Source: Candidatus Saccharimonadales bacterium
GTDB lineage: Bacteria > Patescibacteriota > Saccharimonadia > QS-5-54-17
NCBI GenBank assembly: GCA_040903985.1
Contig: JBBDUI010000002.1
Coordinates: forward strand, 104,204 to 168,203
Direction of reading: 5' to 3'
Length of the DNA stretch: 64,000 bases
The position numbers were made by a program, and so were the translations under genes. Below are positions 36,328 to 45,827 of this stretch, in pieces. Every line of letters starts with the position of its first letter. Positions within the stretch are counted from its first letter, which is position 1. The notes beneath the pieces are model-generated. The model ran no database searches. It was not told where the DNA came from and saw only the letters and a list, made by a program, of their open reading frames with translations.

Positions 36328-38043
36328 TTATTCCGAGGGTATGCCGGCGTATTTAACCAGCCAATCGATAATGTCAGCAAAGACCGGTCCAGCCCCACCG
36401 GAACCAGCGTAGGTGACATTATGTGGATCATCGATCCGTACCATCATGATGTAACGCGGGTTATCTACCGGCGCGAACCCGATGAAAGACCCGATGTATT
36501 CACCGTCCAGATAACCACCATCTGGGCTTGGGATCTCCGAAGTACCTGTCTTCCCGCCTACCTTATGCTCAGGAATTAGTCGCGTAATCGCCCAACCACC
36601 ACCTTTCTGCACCGAATCATCCATCATCCGACGAATACTAGCCGTGGTGCTGTCGGTCACTACTGACTCCCCTACCACCTCCGGCTCAGTATCGATCACT
36701 GTACCGTCGGGCGCAATCTCATAGTCCACCAGATGAGGCCGATACATCGTACCACCGTTAATCACGGCTGCCATCGAAGTGGTCATTCTAACCATAGTAG
36801 TGGCAATTCCCTGGCCGAAGGTCATGTTGGCATAGTTAACCGCTCCCACCGACTCTGGAGTATTCATGTGCAGCTCCGGCTCACCGGGCTGTTCGATGTC
36901 GGTACGAGTCGTAAGCTGCAGATTACCGGTGAAAAAACTGTGTAGGGCCGTCTTAGCCTGGGTGTTTATCTCGCCACCGCCTAGCCGTTCCAGAATATAT
37001 ACGACCCCAGTGTTGATCGACTCGATGATGATGTCAGTCATCGATTTAGTTCGATCTCCCCCACCTTCGGTATTGCGAATCACAGCATCATCAACCTTAA
37101 CCGCCCCGGCATCATAGAAGGTCTCTTCCTCGTCGATCGCGCCACCATTGAGTCCGGCCGCCATAGTAAAAACCTTGAAGCCGGATCCGGGCTCAAACGT
37201 ACCGGTAGCAGCCACGTTAGAAAAGCGACTGTAATCTTCAACTTCGCTGTACTTATTCGGGTCGAAACTCGGATAGTTGGCCATAGCCACTACCTCACCG
37301 CTATTCGGATCCATGATGACAGCGTGAGCCGAGCGAGCGCTTGTCGCCTTAACGTGCTCAGCTAGCACACTCTCCACCTTGGCCTGAACATTACGATCGA
37401 TGGTTAAGTAAATGTCACTACCGTGCTGCGGTGCACGCTGAATATTATCACTAGTAGCGATTGGTACCCCGTTGGAATCGGTTTCAATATCAAACAATCC
37501 TGGCGTTCCGCTGAGTGAGGAGTCAAGGTACTCTTCGATACCATACTGACCCTCGCCGTCAGTATTGACAAAGCCCATCACCTGAGAGGCAAGACTACCC
37601 TCAGGATAAACCCTACGGTAGTTATCACTTAGGCCGATACCTGATATTTCTAGCTCCTCGATAGCCTGAGCGGCTTCAAGGGTGATTTCCCGCTCCAATC
37701 GCACGTAGCCATCAGCTGCCGTCAACTGCTCTGAGTAATCACGGCCTAAAGCTGCTTCCAGCCCGCTCACTACATCATCGAGATCAAATATATAACGGGT
37801 GTCGGCATAAAGCGTCTTAAGATTACGATTCATCGCCAATGGTACCGGCTCACCGCGGTCATAAGCATAAATTCGACCGCGCTGAGGGGCAATCTCGAAC
37901 TTCCGACTGTGTGACTGGCTAGCTAGAACACTAAAGTAGTCGTGCCGCACTAGCTGCAGATAACCTAAGCGCAGCAGCACTACTCCGGCGAGCGCTAAAA
38001 AAATAAGACCAATAACTTGTAGGCGTGACTGATTATCTATCAT
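36328..38043 (-). CDS. ftsI: Penicillin-binding protein FtsI (class B transpeptidase)
   Basis: SxxK (GSGFKV), SxN and KTGT (GGKTGTSE) motifs. N-terminal TM. Confidence 0.9.
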   Translation of the reverse strand: MIDNQSRLQVIGLIFLALAGVVLLRLGYLQLVRHDYFSVLASQSHSRKFEIAPQRGRIYAYDRGEPVPLAMNRNLKTLYADTRYIFDLDDVVSGLEAALGRDYSEQLTAADGYVRLEREITLEAAQAIEELEISGIGLSDNYRRVYPEGSLASQVMGFVNTDGEGQYGIEEYLDSSLSGTPGLFDIETDSNGVPIATSDNIQRAPQHGSDIYLTIDRNVQAKVESVLAEHVKATSARSAHAVIMDPNSGEVVAMANYPSFDPNKYSEVEDYSRFSNVAATGTFEPGSGFKVFTMAAGLNGGAIDEEETFYDAGAVKVDDAVIRNTEGGGDRTKSMTDIIIESINTGVVYILERLGGGEINTQAKTALHSFFTGNLQLTTRTDIEQPGEPELHMNTPESVGAVNYANMTFGQGIATTMVRMTTSMAAVINGGTMYRPHLVDYEIAPDGTVIDTEPEVVGESVVTDSTTASIRRMMDDSVQKGGGWAITRLIPEHKVGGKTGTSEIPSPDGGYLDGEYIGSFIGFAPVDNPRYIMMVRIDDPHNVTYAGSGGAGPVFADIIDWLVKYAGIPSE

Positions 38044-38383
38044 AGGAGACGTTGGCTTCCGGGACTAACCCGGCGGTAGCACTAGCACTTTCGATCCGAG
38101 CAACCGACTGCAGACGAGCCGCCTCTACCTGCAACTCCTGCTGCTCCTCTATCAACGTAGCCTGCTGCTGGCTTAACTCATTGATTTCATACCCGTAGAC
38201 GCTGGTTTTAGTGATTTGCGTCAAGTACAGCAGTGCTAGAACCCCGATAATAATAGCTAAGAATAAGGTCGATGTCACGGGTCCGAGGTGCTGCGAGGCA
38301 CGATAGCCGCCGAGCTGAGAGTTGCGACCTACTCGCCGTTGGCGGGAGGCTCTAGACTGGACTAATGCCTGTTGATAATACAT
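38033..38383 (-). CDS. ftsL: Cell division protein FtsL-like (TM plus coiled coil)
   Basis: Position between rsmH and ftsI. Single TM plus leucine-zipper-like segment. Confidence 0.6.
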   Translation of the reverse strand: MYYQQALVQSRASRQRRVGRNSQLGGYRASQHLGPVTSTLFLAIIIGVLALLYLTQITKTSVYGYEINELSQQQATLIEEQQELQVEAARLQSVARIESASATAGLVPEANVSYDR

Positions 38384-38575
38384 ATGTTTGTTTTCCTGTT
38401 TTGTTTCCTGCTAGAGCAAGGATTAGTTTGGTTTTTATTTTTATCGTTTTAGGTTATGTCACCTAGCTGCGGAAGTAGAGTTCCACAGCTAGGCGTTCAG
38501 GCCTACGCCCGAACTAAGCTTAGAACTTTGACTTCGACTTTTTGTGCTCGTAGGCTGTTGCCGAGAGCTTTTACT

Positions 38576-39511
38576 TTAATGGCCATTTCTTACCTCCTGT
38601 TTGTTTTTTGCTCCCGTTCGCCGGGGCGAATCGAGAGTGTGACCGTTTGTATTTTTAATCGCGACTCGTAGCTTAGCACTGCGAGCTCGCGGGTTGGAAA
38701 CATCTTCATTTTTCCCCTGTACCACCTTCTTATTGACCGGTGTCAGGGTCTGGCTCTCCCGGATAAAGTTCTTGACCAGTCGATCCTCTAGGCTATGAAA
38801 GCTGATGATACCGATCCGGCCACCGGGGGCAAGGAGTGATTCGATTCGTGGTAGGGCGCGAGCAAGCTGTCCCAATTCGTCGTTAACGGCGATACGCAAA
38901 GCCTGAAAGGTACGGGTCGCCGGATGAATCCGAGACTTGCCCCGATAGGCTCTTGCAACTATTTGAGCTAGCTGCTTAGTATCGCTTAATGGACGAGCTT
39001 GGACGATAGCACGAGCGATAGGCCGGGACTGACGTTCTTCACCGAACTGATAAATCAGATCGGCTAGATCCCGCTCCGTGAAGTGGTTGACGATCTGCTC
39101 GGCCGTAAAATCGGCCGTAGAGTCCATCCGCATATCCAACGGTGCGCTTACTTTAAAGCTAAAGCCACGATTCGAATTGTCAAGCTGCGGTGATGACACG
39201 CCTAGATCCGCCAAAATCACATCATACGGACCTGAGAGTTGAGCTAACGCTCCAGCGTAATCATCTTTGATGATACGGGCGCGCGAACCGAACGCCTGCT
39301 CTAATTGAGCTATGGCCTGCGGATCACGATCGACTAAAGTCATCTCCCCTGTCGAGCCAATAGCAGACGCGATAGCGCTAGCATGACCCCCGTAACCGGC
39401 CGTTATATCGAGATAACGTTCTCCCGGTCTTGGTACGAGAAGATCCAGCACTGCTTGAAGCAGGACCGGTTCGTGAAAATTAGATTGGTGGTTTTGGTTT
39501 TTGTTTTGCAT
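38576..39511 (-). CDS. rsmH: 16S rRNA (cytosine1402-N4)-methyltransferase RsmH (MraW)
   Basis: FHEPVLLQAVLDLL and DITAGYGGHASAI motifs. Confidence 0.9.
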   Translation of the reverse strand: MQNKNQNHQSNFHEPVLLQAVLDLLVPRPGERYLDITAGYGGHASAIASAIGSTGEMTLVDRDPQAIAQLEQAFGSRARIIKDDYAGALAQLSGPYDVILADLGVSSPQLDNSNRGFSFKVSAPLDMRMDSTADFTAEQIVNHFTERDLADLIYQFGEERQSRPIARAIVQARPLSDTKQLAQIVARAYRGKSRIHPATRTFQALRIAVNDELGQLARALPRIESLLAPGGRIGIISFHSLEDRLVKNFIRESQTLTPVNKKVVQGKNEDVSNPRARSAKLRVAIKNTNGHTLDSPRRTGAKNKQEVRNGH

Positions 39512-39822
39512 GTCAAGATCACCTAAGTAGCAGTCAGCTTTTTATGTTTGTGGTGTTTTTGTTTTAGTTGAACCCCGTCCGAGCCCGAAGGCTACTGGAG
39601 GGTTGCTATATCCCGCCGAAGCGGGAGTTGTGGTAAGGAATTAGAATAATTCCTTAAAAAAGAGAGACGTGTGAGGTGGAGTTGTTGTTTTGGAGATTTG
39701 AGGTGCGAGGGTTTTTTATCAGGTGTTATACCCTAAAACCACCCGCTGACTGCCACATAGCTGATCTCGAGCTTGTTTTTGTTTTTGTTTTTTAAAGGTG
39801 CCAATCAGAGTTTGATTACTAC

Positions 39823-40185
39823 TTAAGGGGCGCTTACTCGCCAGTATTTACCGATCCGGACGGCTACAACTGTCTTAGTGATGCCGGCGTAATCGAGCAA
39901 GCTTTGATCTATGGTGATACGGCCTTGCTTCTGGTCAAGGCTAGCCGACTGCTTTCCGGTTCGAAACCGAACATTCAAGTCTGCTATACGCTCATCCAGA
40001 ATGTCACCAGCTAATGCCGGTTCCATATCCGCTTCCCATACATTCGAACTATAAAGGTGCAAGTAGTTGCCAAATCCTCGGGTGATGACTACACCGCCAC
40101 CAGCGAACTCTGCCCTGACATCGGTCGGTATGGTTAACCGATTCTTGTCATCCAGCTTGCGTTCGAAGTAGTCGAGTCGTGTCAT
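39823..40185 (-). CDS. mraZ: Transcriptional regulator MraZ
   Basis: Duplicated DxxxR-like motifs (DDKNRLTIP and DQKQGRITI). Confidence 0.85.
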   Translation of the reverse strand: MTRLDYFERKLDDKNRLTIPTDVRAEFAGGGVVITRGFGNYLHLYSSNVWEADMEPALAGDILDERIADLNVRFRTGKQSASLDQKQGRITIDQSLLDYAGITKTVVAVRIGKYWRVSAP

Positions 40186-40449
40186 ATTATTAATTCCCTT
40201 GGATTGCTTGGTGGGGCTTACCCACTGCTACCCACTACAACTAATATATAACGATTCAATACCCACGTCTAGGTAATATAGGGCGAATTTTTACCGAACA
40301 TAAGCCTAAATAGCCCAGGTTAAGCCATATAGCGCCTTGGCACCAGAAAGACCCGCTATATATGAGGACCCTTGGAGCGCTCTAGGTAGGAGCTGCCTCC
40401 ACCTAGACGACATATCGACATCGATAGCAGCTTAGTGTCGCGTAAACGG

Positions 40450-41025
40450 CTAAGAACGACCCTTACCACCGCGGGTTTGCCGGCGCATCTGTTGACCGTA
40501 CTGTACTCGTTTCCGAATATCGTTCATATAAGTGACGTGCTTGCTGTCAAACTCTTCCATCCGGTCGAACAGTGAAGAGTATTTATCCTTGTTCGGGATG
40601 ACGATCTGCTTCAGTTTCTTCGCACTGACTAAGTGCCGGATCAGCCCGGCGAAGTCACCATCACCGGTTATAATGACCGCTTGGTCGTAGTTGTTAATAT
40701 CGATCATGACCTGCAGCACCATCTCGGCGTCGACATTACCTTTGATCTCACTATCACCGTGGCGAATTAAGGGTTTAAATACCAAGATAAAGCCGGCCTC
40801 TTGCAGGGCATTATACAGCGGCTGCTGCTCCTCCATGAAGCCGACAAACATATAAGCGCGCGTGACGTCGAAATCGCTCTCCAGTAGATCACGAAACTTC
40901 TTATAATCGAGCTTCCAGCCTAGGGATTGCACACCCATATTGAGGTTCTGACCGTCAATGAAGGCGTAGTTATTGGCTTTAGTGTTATTTTTGTTATCTG
41001 GTTGGTTGGACTGGGGTTGGGTCAT
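40450..41025 (-). CDS. NYN-domain (LabA/DUF88-like) protein
   Basis: AFIDGQNL and ITGDGDF motifs. Confidence 0.7.
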   Translation of the reverse strand: MTQPQSNQPDNKNNTKANNYAFIDGQNLNMGVQSLGWKLDYKKFRDLLESDFDVTRAYMFVGFMEEQQPLYNALQEAGFILVFKPLIRHGDSEIKGNVDAEMVLQVMIDINNYDQAVIITGDGDFAGLIRHLVSAKKLKQIVIPNKDKYSSLFDRMEEFDSKHVTYMNDIRKRVQYGQQMRRQTRGGKGRS

Positions 41026-41065
41026 AAGAAATCCTTAAGTTTTAAAATTATATAAATTGATCTAG

Positions 41066-42496
41066 CTAGGGAGTTAGCTCAGCAACTAGATCCGAGATCG
41101 AGATCCGACGCTGTTCCATTGTATCTCGGTCCCGAACCGTCACGGTGTCATCCTCCAGGGTATCAAAGTCGACCGTAACACACTGTGGAGTACCGATCTC
41201 ATCCTGCTTGCGGTAGCGCTTGCCGATGTTACCACCATCATCCCACATCACGGCACCAAACTCTTGCCGCAATTGCCGATAGACACTCCGAGCCTTCTCT
41301 ACCAGTTCCTGCTTGTTTTTAAGCAACGGGAAAACGGCAATCTTAACCGGAGCTAGGTGCTTCGGTAGCTTAAGTACCGTACGTTGCTCGCCGTTAACCT
41401 CCTCTTCAGTATAGGCACTGGTTAGTATAGCCATCAGCATCCGCTCCATCCCAAAGCTTGGCTCTATCACATGAGGAATAAGCTTTTCATTGGTGCCTTT
41501 CACGGTATACTCCATGCCCTTACCGCTCACCCGCTGGATGTTCCCTAGATCGAAATCAGTCCTATAAGCTAGACCTAGTAGTTCATCCCGGCGGTGCGGG
41601 AAGTCAAACTCGAAGTCGATAGTACGTTTCGAATAGTGTGCCCGGTCGTCTTCTGGCACTTCTAGCTCATGGACTGCACTCGGATCTAGTCCTAAATTAG
41701 TCAAAAAGGCATGGATATCGCTGCGCCACTGCTCAAACGCCTCTTCCCAGGCATCGGGATGCACAAAGTACTCGACCTCCATCTGCTCAAACTCTCGAGA
41801 GCGGAAAACGAAGTCTCGCGGGCTGATCTCATTGCGAAAGGCCTTGCCGATCTGAGCGATACCGAACGGCAGATCAGGATAAAAGCTGTCGACAACATTC
41901 TTATAATTAGTGAAGATACCTTGGGCCGTTTCAGGACGGAGGTAGGTAACCGAATTCTTGTTATAAAGTAGAGCACTATCTACATCTGATAACTCGGGTG
42001 TTTTGACGGGTAATTCATCTCCGTTCTTATCTCTAAAGATGAGATCTGCTTCGAGTGTATTATACTCCTCTGCCTCTACTGAGGCCGATAAAGGACCTAT
42101 AGTAGTTTTAAACATCATATTAAATTGACGAGTACCACCAAAAGTGCCGTTCTCACCGCAACTAGGGCACACGTCCCCTTCCAAATGATCGGCCCGAAAT
42201 CGACCTTTACAGTTACTGCACTCCACTAGTGGATCGGTAAATGTCTCGACATGCCCGCTCGCCTGCCAGACTCTCTGGTTCATCAGAATCGCCGCATCAA
42301 CACCGTACATATCATCCCGATCATCGACGAAAGTCTTCCACCACAGGTTTTGGATATTACGTTTTAAGGCCACACCCAAGGGCCCGTAATCCCAAGTTCC
42401 GGCTAGACCACCGTAGACCTCACTTCCCTGATAGACGAAACCCCGTCGTTTAGCTAGGCTAACGATCGCTTCTAGTTTTACTTCTTTGTTACTCAT
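41066..42496 (-). CDS. glyQS: Glycine--tRNA ligase, dimeric (eukaryote/archaeal-type alpha2 GlyRS)
   Basis: RGFVYQGSEVYGGLAGTWDYGPLG N-terminal motif. Zn-binding CxxC...CxxC insertion. Confidence 0.9.
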   Translation of the reverse strand: MSNKEVKLEAIVSLAKRRGFVYQGSEVYGGLAGTWDYGPLGVALKRNIQNLWWKTFVDDRDDMYGVDAAILMNQRVWQASGHVETFTDPLVECSNCKGRFRADHLEGDVCPSCGENGTFGGTRQFNMMFKTTIGPLSASVEAEEYNTLEADLIFRDKNGDELPVKTPELSDVDSALLYNKNSVTYLRPETAQGIFTNYKNVVDSFYPDLPFGIAQIGKAFRNEISPRDFVFRSREFEQMEVEYFVHPDAWEEAFEQWRSDIHAFLTNLGLDPSAVHELEVPEDDRAHYSKRTIDFEFDFPHRRDELLGLAYRTDFDLGNIQRVSGKGMEYTVKGTNEKLIPHVIEPSFGMERMLMAILTSAYTEEEVNGEQRTVLKLPKHLAPVKIAVFPLLKNKQELVEKARSVYRQLRQEFGAVMWDDGGNIGKRYRKQDEIGTPQCVTVDFDTLEDDTVTVRDRDTMEQRRISISDLVAELTP

Positions 42497-42530
42497 TAGC
42501 TGCTAGTATAACCAATTATAGGGGTAATCA

Positions 42531-43247
42531 TCAAATTTCAGCCGAATTAAAGCGAATTCCGAACTGCTGTCGAATAAACTGGTCTAAGACCGGTAAGGTA
42601 GCCATCGCTAGCACCTCTGCACCCTGAATCCGGGCCAAATCACCCAGTGGGCGCATCAGACTCAACCGCCACAGCTTGATAGCATCTTGGGTTAAGGGTG
42701 CCGCCAGAGGGTTATCGGCCGCACTCAGTACACCCTGCTCAATATCAAGTCCCAGACTTTCCGGCAGCGGTTCCGGCCGACTTAAATCAGGTGCCTGACC
42801 CAGCGCATCTAATAACTGCAGCTTAAAGCCCAGCTCACAGATGCTGACCGGGAGTTGAGATAATTGAGCAATCGCTGAGCCTAATACGGCATATACCGCC
42901 TCCGTACCTTCCGTGTCACTCAGCCGATCAACCATCTCTAAAAACAAAAAACCCCGGCGTAGACGTTCGTAGTCTTCCGCTATCGAGTAAGCTGCCAGCG
43001 TGCGGGCCGAGGTAACGATATCGAGACTCTTACCTGGGATTAGCATCAGCTCGATCTCATGAAATAGCTCTAAGTGACTGGCTAGCTTAGCGGTCCGGCG
43101 GCGAATGCCCTTAGCGATTGCCGACACCTTACGCTCCGGGGTTAAAATCGTGTAGATGCGATCGGCCTCTCCGTAATCATGTCGTCGTAAGATTATACCG
43201 GTCGCCTTATAAGTGCTCACGCCTGGTCCGGCCTCATGCAAACGCAC
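42531..43247 (-). CDS. recO: DNA repair protein RecO
   Basis: N-terminal OB fold (GIILRRHDYGEADRIYTILTPE). Size and layout typical. Confidence 0.8.
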   Translation of the reverse strand: MRLHEAGPGVSTYKATGIILRRHDYGEADRIYTILTPERKVSAIAKGIRRRTAKLASHLELFHEIELMLIPGKSLDIVTSARTLAAYSIAEDYERLRRGFLFLEMVDRLSDTEGTEAVYAVLGSAIAQLSQLPVSICELGFKLQLLDALGQAPDLSRPEPLPESLGLDIEQGVLSAADNPLAAPLTQDAIKLWRLSLMRPLGDLARIQGAEVLAMATLPVLDQFIRQQFGIRFNSAEI

Positions 43248-43602
43248 CGACGGCGGCTGCCAGATCCTGCGGGGTAGTCTCCATCTTGATTAGGTATTGA
43301 GCTACACCCAAATCCTGCAGACTGCGCGGTGTCACTTCGAGGTCATCCGGTGTCATATTGCTAAGCACGATGACCGGAATGTGGCGCCAATCGCGATAAC
43401 TCCGCAGCTCCTGTAGGACCGCGATACCGTTACTCCCGGGCAACAACATATCGAGCACGATAATATCGAACTCGTAATCGTCGAGTACATCCAGCGCTTC
43501 TTGGGCCGTGCGCGCGTGGGTAACATCGTTCTCCTCTAGTAGCAGCTGGGTGGCATACATTGTGCCGACATCGATATCGTCTTCTACAAACAGTACGCGC
43601 AT
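43234..43602 (-). CDS. Response regulator, receiver domain only
   Basis: MRVLFVEDD...IIVLDMLLP...LIK motifs. 122 aa. Confidence 0.8.
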   Translation of the reverse strand: MRVLFVEDDIDVGTMYATQLLLEENDVTHARTAQEALDVLDDYEFDIIVLDMLLPGSNGIAVLQELRSYRDWRHIPVIVLSNMTPDDLEVTPRSLQDLGVAQYLIKMETTPQDLAAAVGAFA

Positions 43603-43614
43603 CAGGGCTACTCC

Positions 43615-44328
43615 TTATTCAAATAAACTAAGCTGATTACTAATCGGCAGGCAAATGGTCAACTGTGATCCTTGAGAAAGTGAAGAGACCTGAAGACTAC
43701 CGCCATAAAATTCTACAATGGATTTAGCGATATATAAACTTAAACCAGATGAGTCACTGTGAGCCCGGATCGGCTGACGACGTTTGCCAAACGACTCTAG
43801 GATGGATTTCGCTTCTTTGCTTGAGATGCCAGCTCCATGATCACGTAACTGGATAACGGCCTCCTTATTCCGACGTTTAGTCTTTATCTCAATGGCGCTA
43901 CCACTGGGAGCATATCTAATTGCCGCACTGACTAGGTGCATCAATAACTGATAGATACTGATCGGATCGGCCAGGACTGGCGGCAGGCGTTTAGGCCGGT
44001 ATTTAATTACGATCTCTCGTTCAGCGGCCTTCTCTGCCATCGCCCCAATAGCGGCTTGAAGCTCGGTCTGCAGTTGGACCGGCTGCAGACGCTGCGTATG
44101 AGGCAGGTTTTCTACATGAAGTAAGCTGTCGATTATAAAACCTAATCGCTCGGAGGCGCTGGAGATATGGCGAATCTGTTCTCGCTGCTTGAAATTAAGC
44201 TCACCAAAGGTCTCTGACTCCAGCATCGCACTCATTCCGTGAATCAATGTCAGCGGTGTTTTCAGCTCATGTACGGTAGCTGCAATTAGTCCTAACTCCG
44301 TCTGGTGTGTGCTCGGTTTACTCCCCAT
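43615..44328 (-). CDS. Cytoplasmic histidine kinase (HisKA plus HATPase_c, no TM)
   Basis: VHELKTPLTLIHGMSAML H-box. GLSLYIAKSIVEFYGGSL G-box. Confidence 0.8.
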   Translation of the reverse strand: MGSKPSTHQTELGLIAATVHELKTPLTLIHGMSAMLESETFGELNFKQREQIRHISSASERLGFIIDSLLHVENLPHTQRLQPVQLQTELQAAIGAMAEKAAEREIVIKYRPKRLPPVLADPISIYQLLMHLVSAAIRYAPSGSAIEIKTKRRNKEAVIQLRDHGAGISSKEAKSILESFGKRRQPIRAHSDSSGLSLYIAKSIVEFYGGSLQVSSLSQGSQLTICLPISNQLSLFE

Positions 44329-44361
44329 TACCCTACATTTTACTCCCCATTACCCTACATT
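44318..44361. repeat. Perfect 22-bp tandem duplication (ttactccccattaccctacatt x2) spanning the kinase start codon
   Basis: Seen directly. The first copy contains the ATG (as cat at 44326..44328). Confidence 0.7.
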
Positions 44362-44404
44362 GTAGTCCTGCGCCCTCTTAGCTGCAATCAAGTCTACCTT
44401 GGGG

Positions 44405-45091
44405 CTAACGACTGATCTGGGCGCGATCTAACATATCATTGAACTCGGCCACGTAGTTGCCACCCTCGGTCCAGAGTAGAATCGTCTTGTCCCGATACGG
44501 TAGAACTACGGCAGTGCCAGTCTGCTCGCCGCTGATTTGCCCGCTCAGTCTGACCCCATCGATATCAGCTACCGTAACGGCCCGTGAGCTCAGTTCACCT
44601 TGTTCGATACTACTCTGGTAATCCTCTACCACCTCGGAATAGAGCTCGTCTCGGAGCTGCAGGCGGAAGGCGTAAGGCGCGTCCACATTACGCTGAAGCC
44701 GAACGATTTGCGGATGAATATAGAGATCGATCTGCTCACGAGCCGCTGTACTGTCTTCAACATAAACACTCCAGTTCTTGGGAAAATCAATACTGATGCC
44801 ACCGTAGATATCGGGAGCGGTATAGGTACGATACGGTGAACGTCGTTCGATCTCAAACTCAGCTTCGGCTAGCTCTTGCTGGTCGGCCCGGGCAGTCTCT
44901 ACCGCCGCCTTAACCTGATCATCGACCGTCGTTCGTTCCAGATAATACTTATATAAAGCCCAGGTCGAGAGGACTAGCAAGGTCACACTCATAAAAGCCA
45001 GAGTCCAGATCACAACATTGGTAGTATTGCCTTTTTGGTTTAGTAACATGATCTCATCATAGCGCATGCGCTTACTCAAGCGCAATTTCAA
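44405..45091 (-). CDS. Hypothetical membrane-anchored protein
   Basis: N-terminal TM VVIWTLAFMSVTLLVLSTWAL. Confidence 0.5.
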   Translation of the reverse strand: MKLRLSKRMRYDEIMLLNQKGNTTNVVIWTLAFMSVTLLVLSTWALYKYYLERTTVDDQVKAAVETARADQQELAEAEFEIERRSPYRTYTAPDIYGGISIDFPKNWSVYVEDSTAAREQIDLYIHPQIVRLQRNVDAPYAFRLQLRDELYSEVVEDYQSSIEQGELSSRAVTVADIDGVRLSGQISGEQTGTAVVLPYRDKTILLWTEGGNYVAEFNDMLDRAQISR

Positions 45092-45093
45092 AT

Positions 45094-45570
45094 CTAGAAT
45101 TTATATAGATAAAGTCCCTTATCCTCTGCTACCGCCGCCTGAAGCGGCAGAGTAAAGATATAGCTCACTACTTTGTTTCCAGGTACAAGCTCACGCACAA
45201 GCTTACGCTCCAGTTTAGCCATAAAGTGGTCGATTAGAAATACATAAACTCCATCACACGGTGGCAAGGGCCGCAGCCAATAATCGCCTAAAACTACCTT
45301 GACTCGCTGGTGGTAAGGTCGCGTTCGCACGTAAGCCACCAACCAAAGTAGCGGATTAATCTCATACCCCACGGTCTGCAGCTCTGCGCGAGCGGCCGCT
45401 AGAAGCAACTCCCCGCTACCACAACCTAAATCGACCAGAGTCTGGCCCGGTTTTAAATCGAGTAGCTCCAACGCCCGTTTTGCATCCCGGCTGCGAGTCG
45501 GTAGCCAGGGTGCACCCCGAAGAATCGAAAGAGTAAAGGCAGCTACAACGAAGCCTAAGAACCAACCCAC
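45094..45570 (-). CDS. Small class I SAM-dependent methyltransferase
   Basis: Motif I VDLGCGSGELLLAAA. N-terminal TM. Confidence 0.6.
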   Translation of the reverse strand: MGWFLGFVVAAFTLSILRGAPWLPTRSRDAKRALELLDLKPGQTLVDLGCGSGELLLAAARAELQTVGYEINPLLWLVAYVRTRPYHQRVKVVLGDYWLRPLPPCDGVYVFLIDHFMAKLERKLVRELVPGNKVVSYIFTLPLQAAVAEDKGLYLYKF

Positions 45571-45572
45571 TA

Positions 45573-45827
45573 TTAAGCTAACGTTGAGGTTTCGGTCGCG
45601 GTGTCGCTCTCGGTCGATTCTGTTGTGACCGCCTCGAACTTACGCTTAATCTCGATCACTCTATTCTCTACTTGATCAAGCTGTTTTTTTAATTCAGCCG
45701 CTAAGGCCAAACCGGTTTCAAACCGTTCTAACGCCTGATCGAAATCGACTTCGCTCGACTCGAACCATTCCACGATCGCTTCTAATTCGTCTAGCTTCTG
45801 TTTAAAATTTTTAGGTGTTTTCGACAT
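45573..45827 (-). CDS. xseB: Exodeoxyribonuclease VII small subunit
   Basis: FEQALERLEEIV-like helical protein (FKQKLDELEAIVEWFESSEVDFDQALERFETG). Confidence 0.85.
   Translation of the reverse strand: MSKTPKNFKQKLDELEAIVEWFESSEVDFDQALERFETGLALAAELKKQLDQVENRVIEIKRKFEAVTTESTESDTATETSTLA

Noticed and set aside
38556-38639. 27-codon ORF (MAIKVKALGNSLRAQKVEVKVLSLVRA) with an AGGAGG SD overlapping the rsmH 3' end
   Set aside because: The SD and ATG lie inside the rsmH coding sequence in another frame, and there is no similarity to known small ribosomal proteins. Most likely coincidental.
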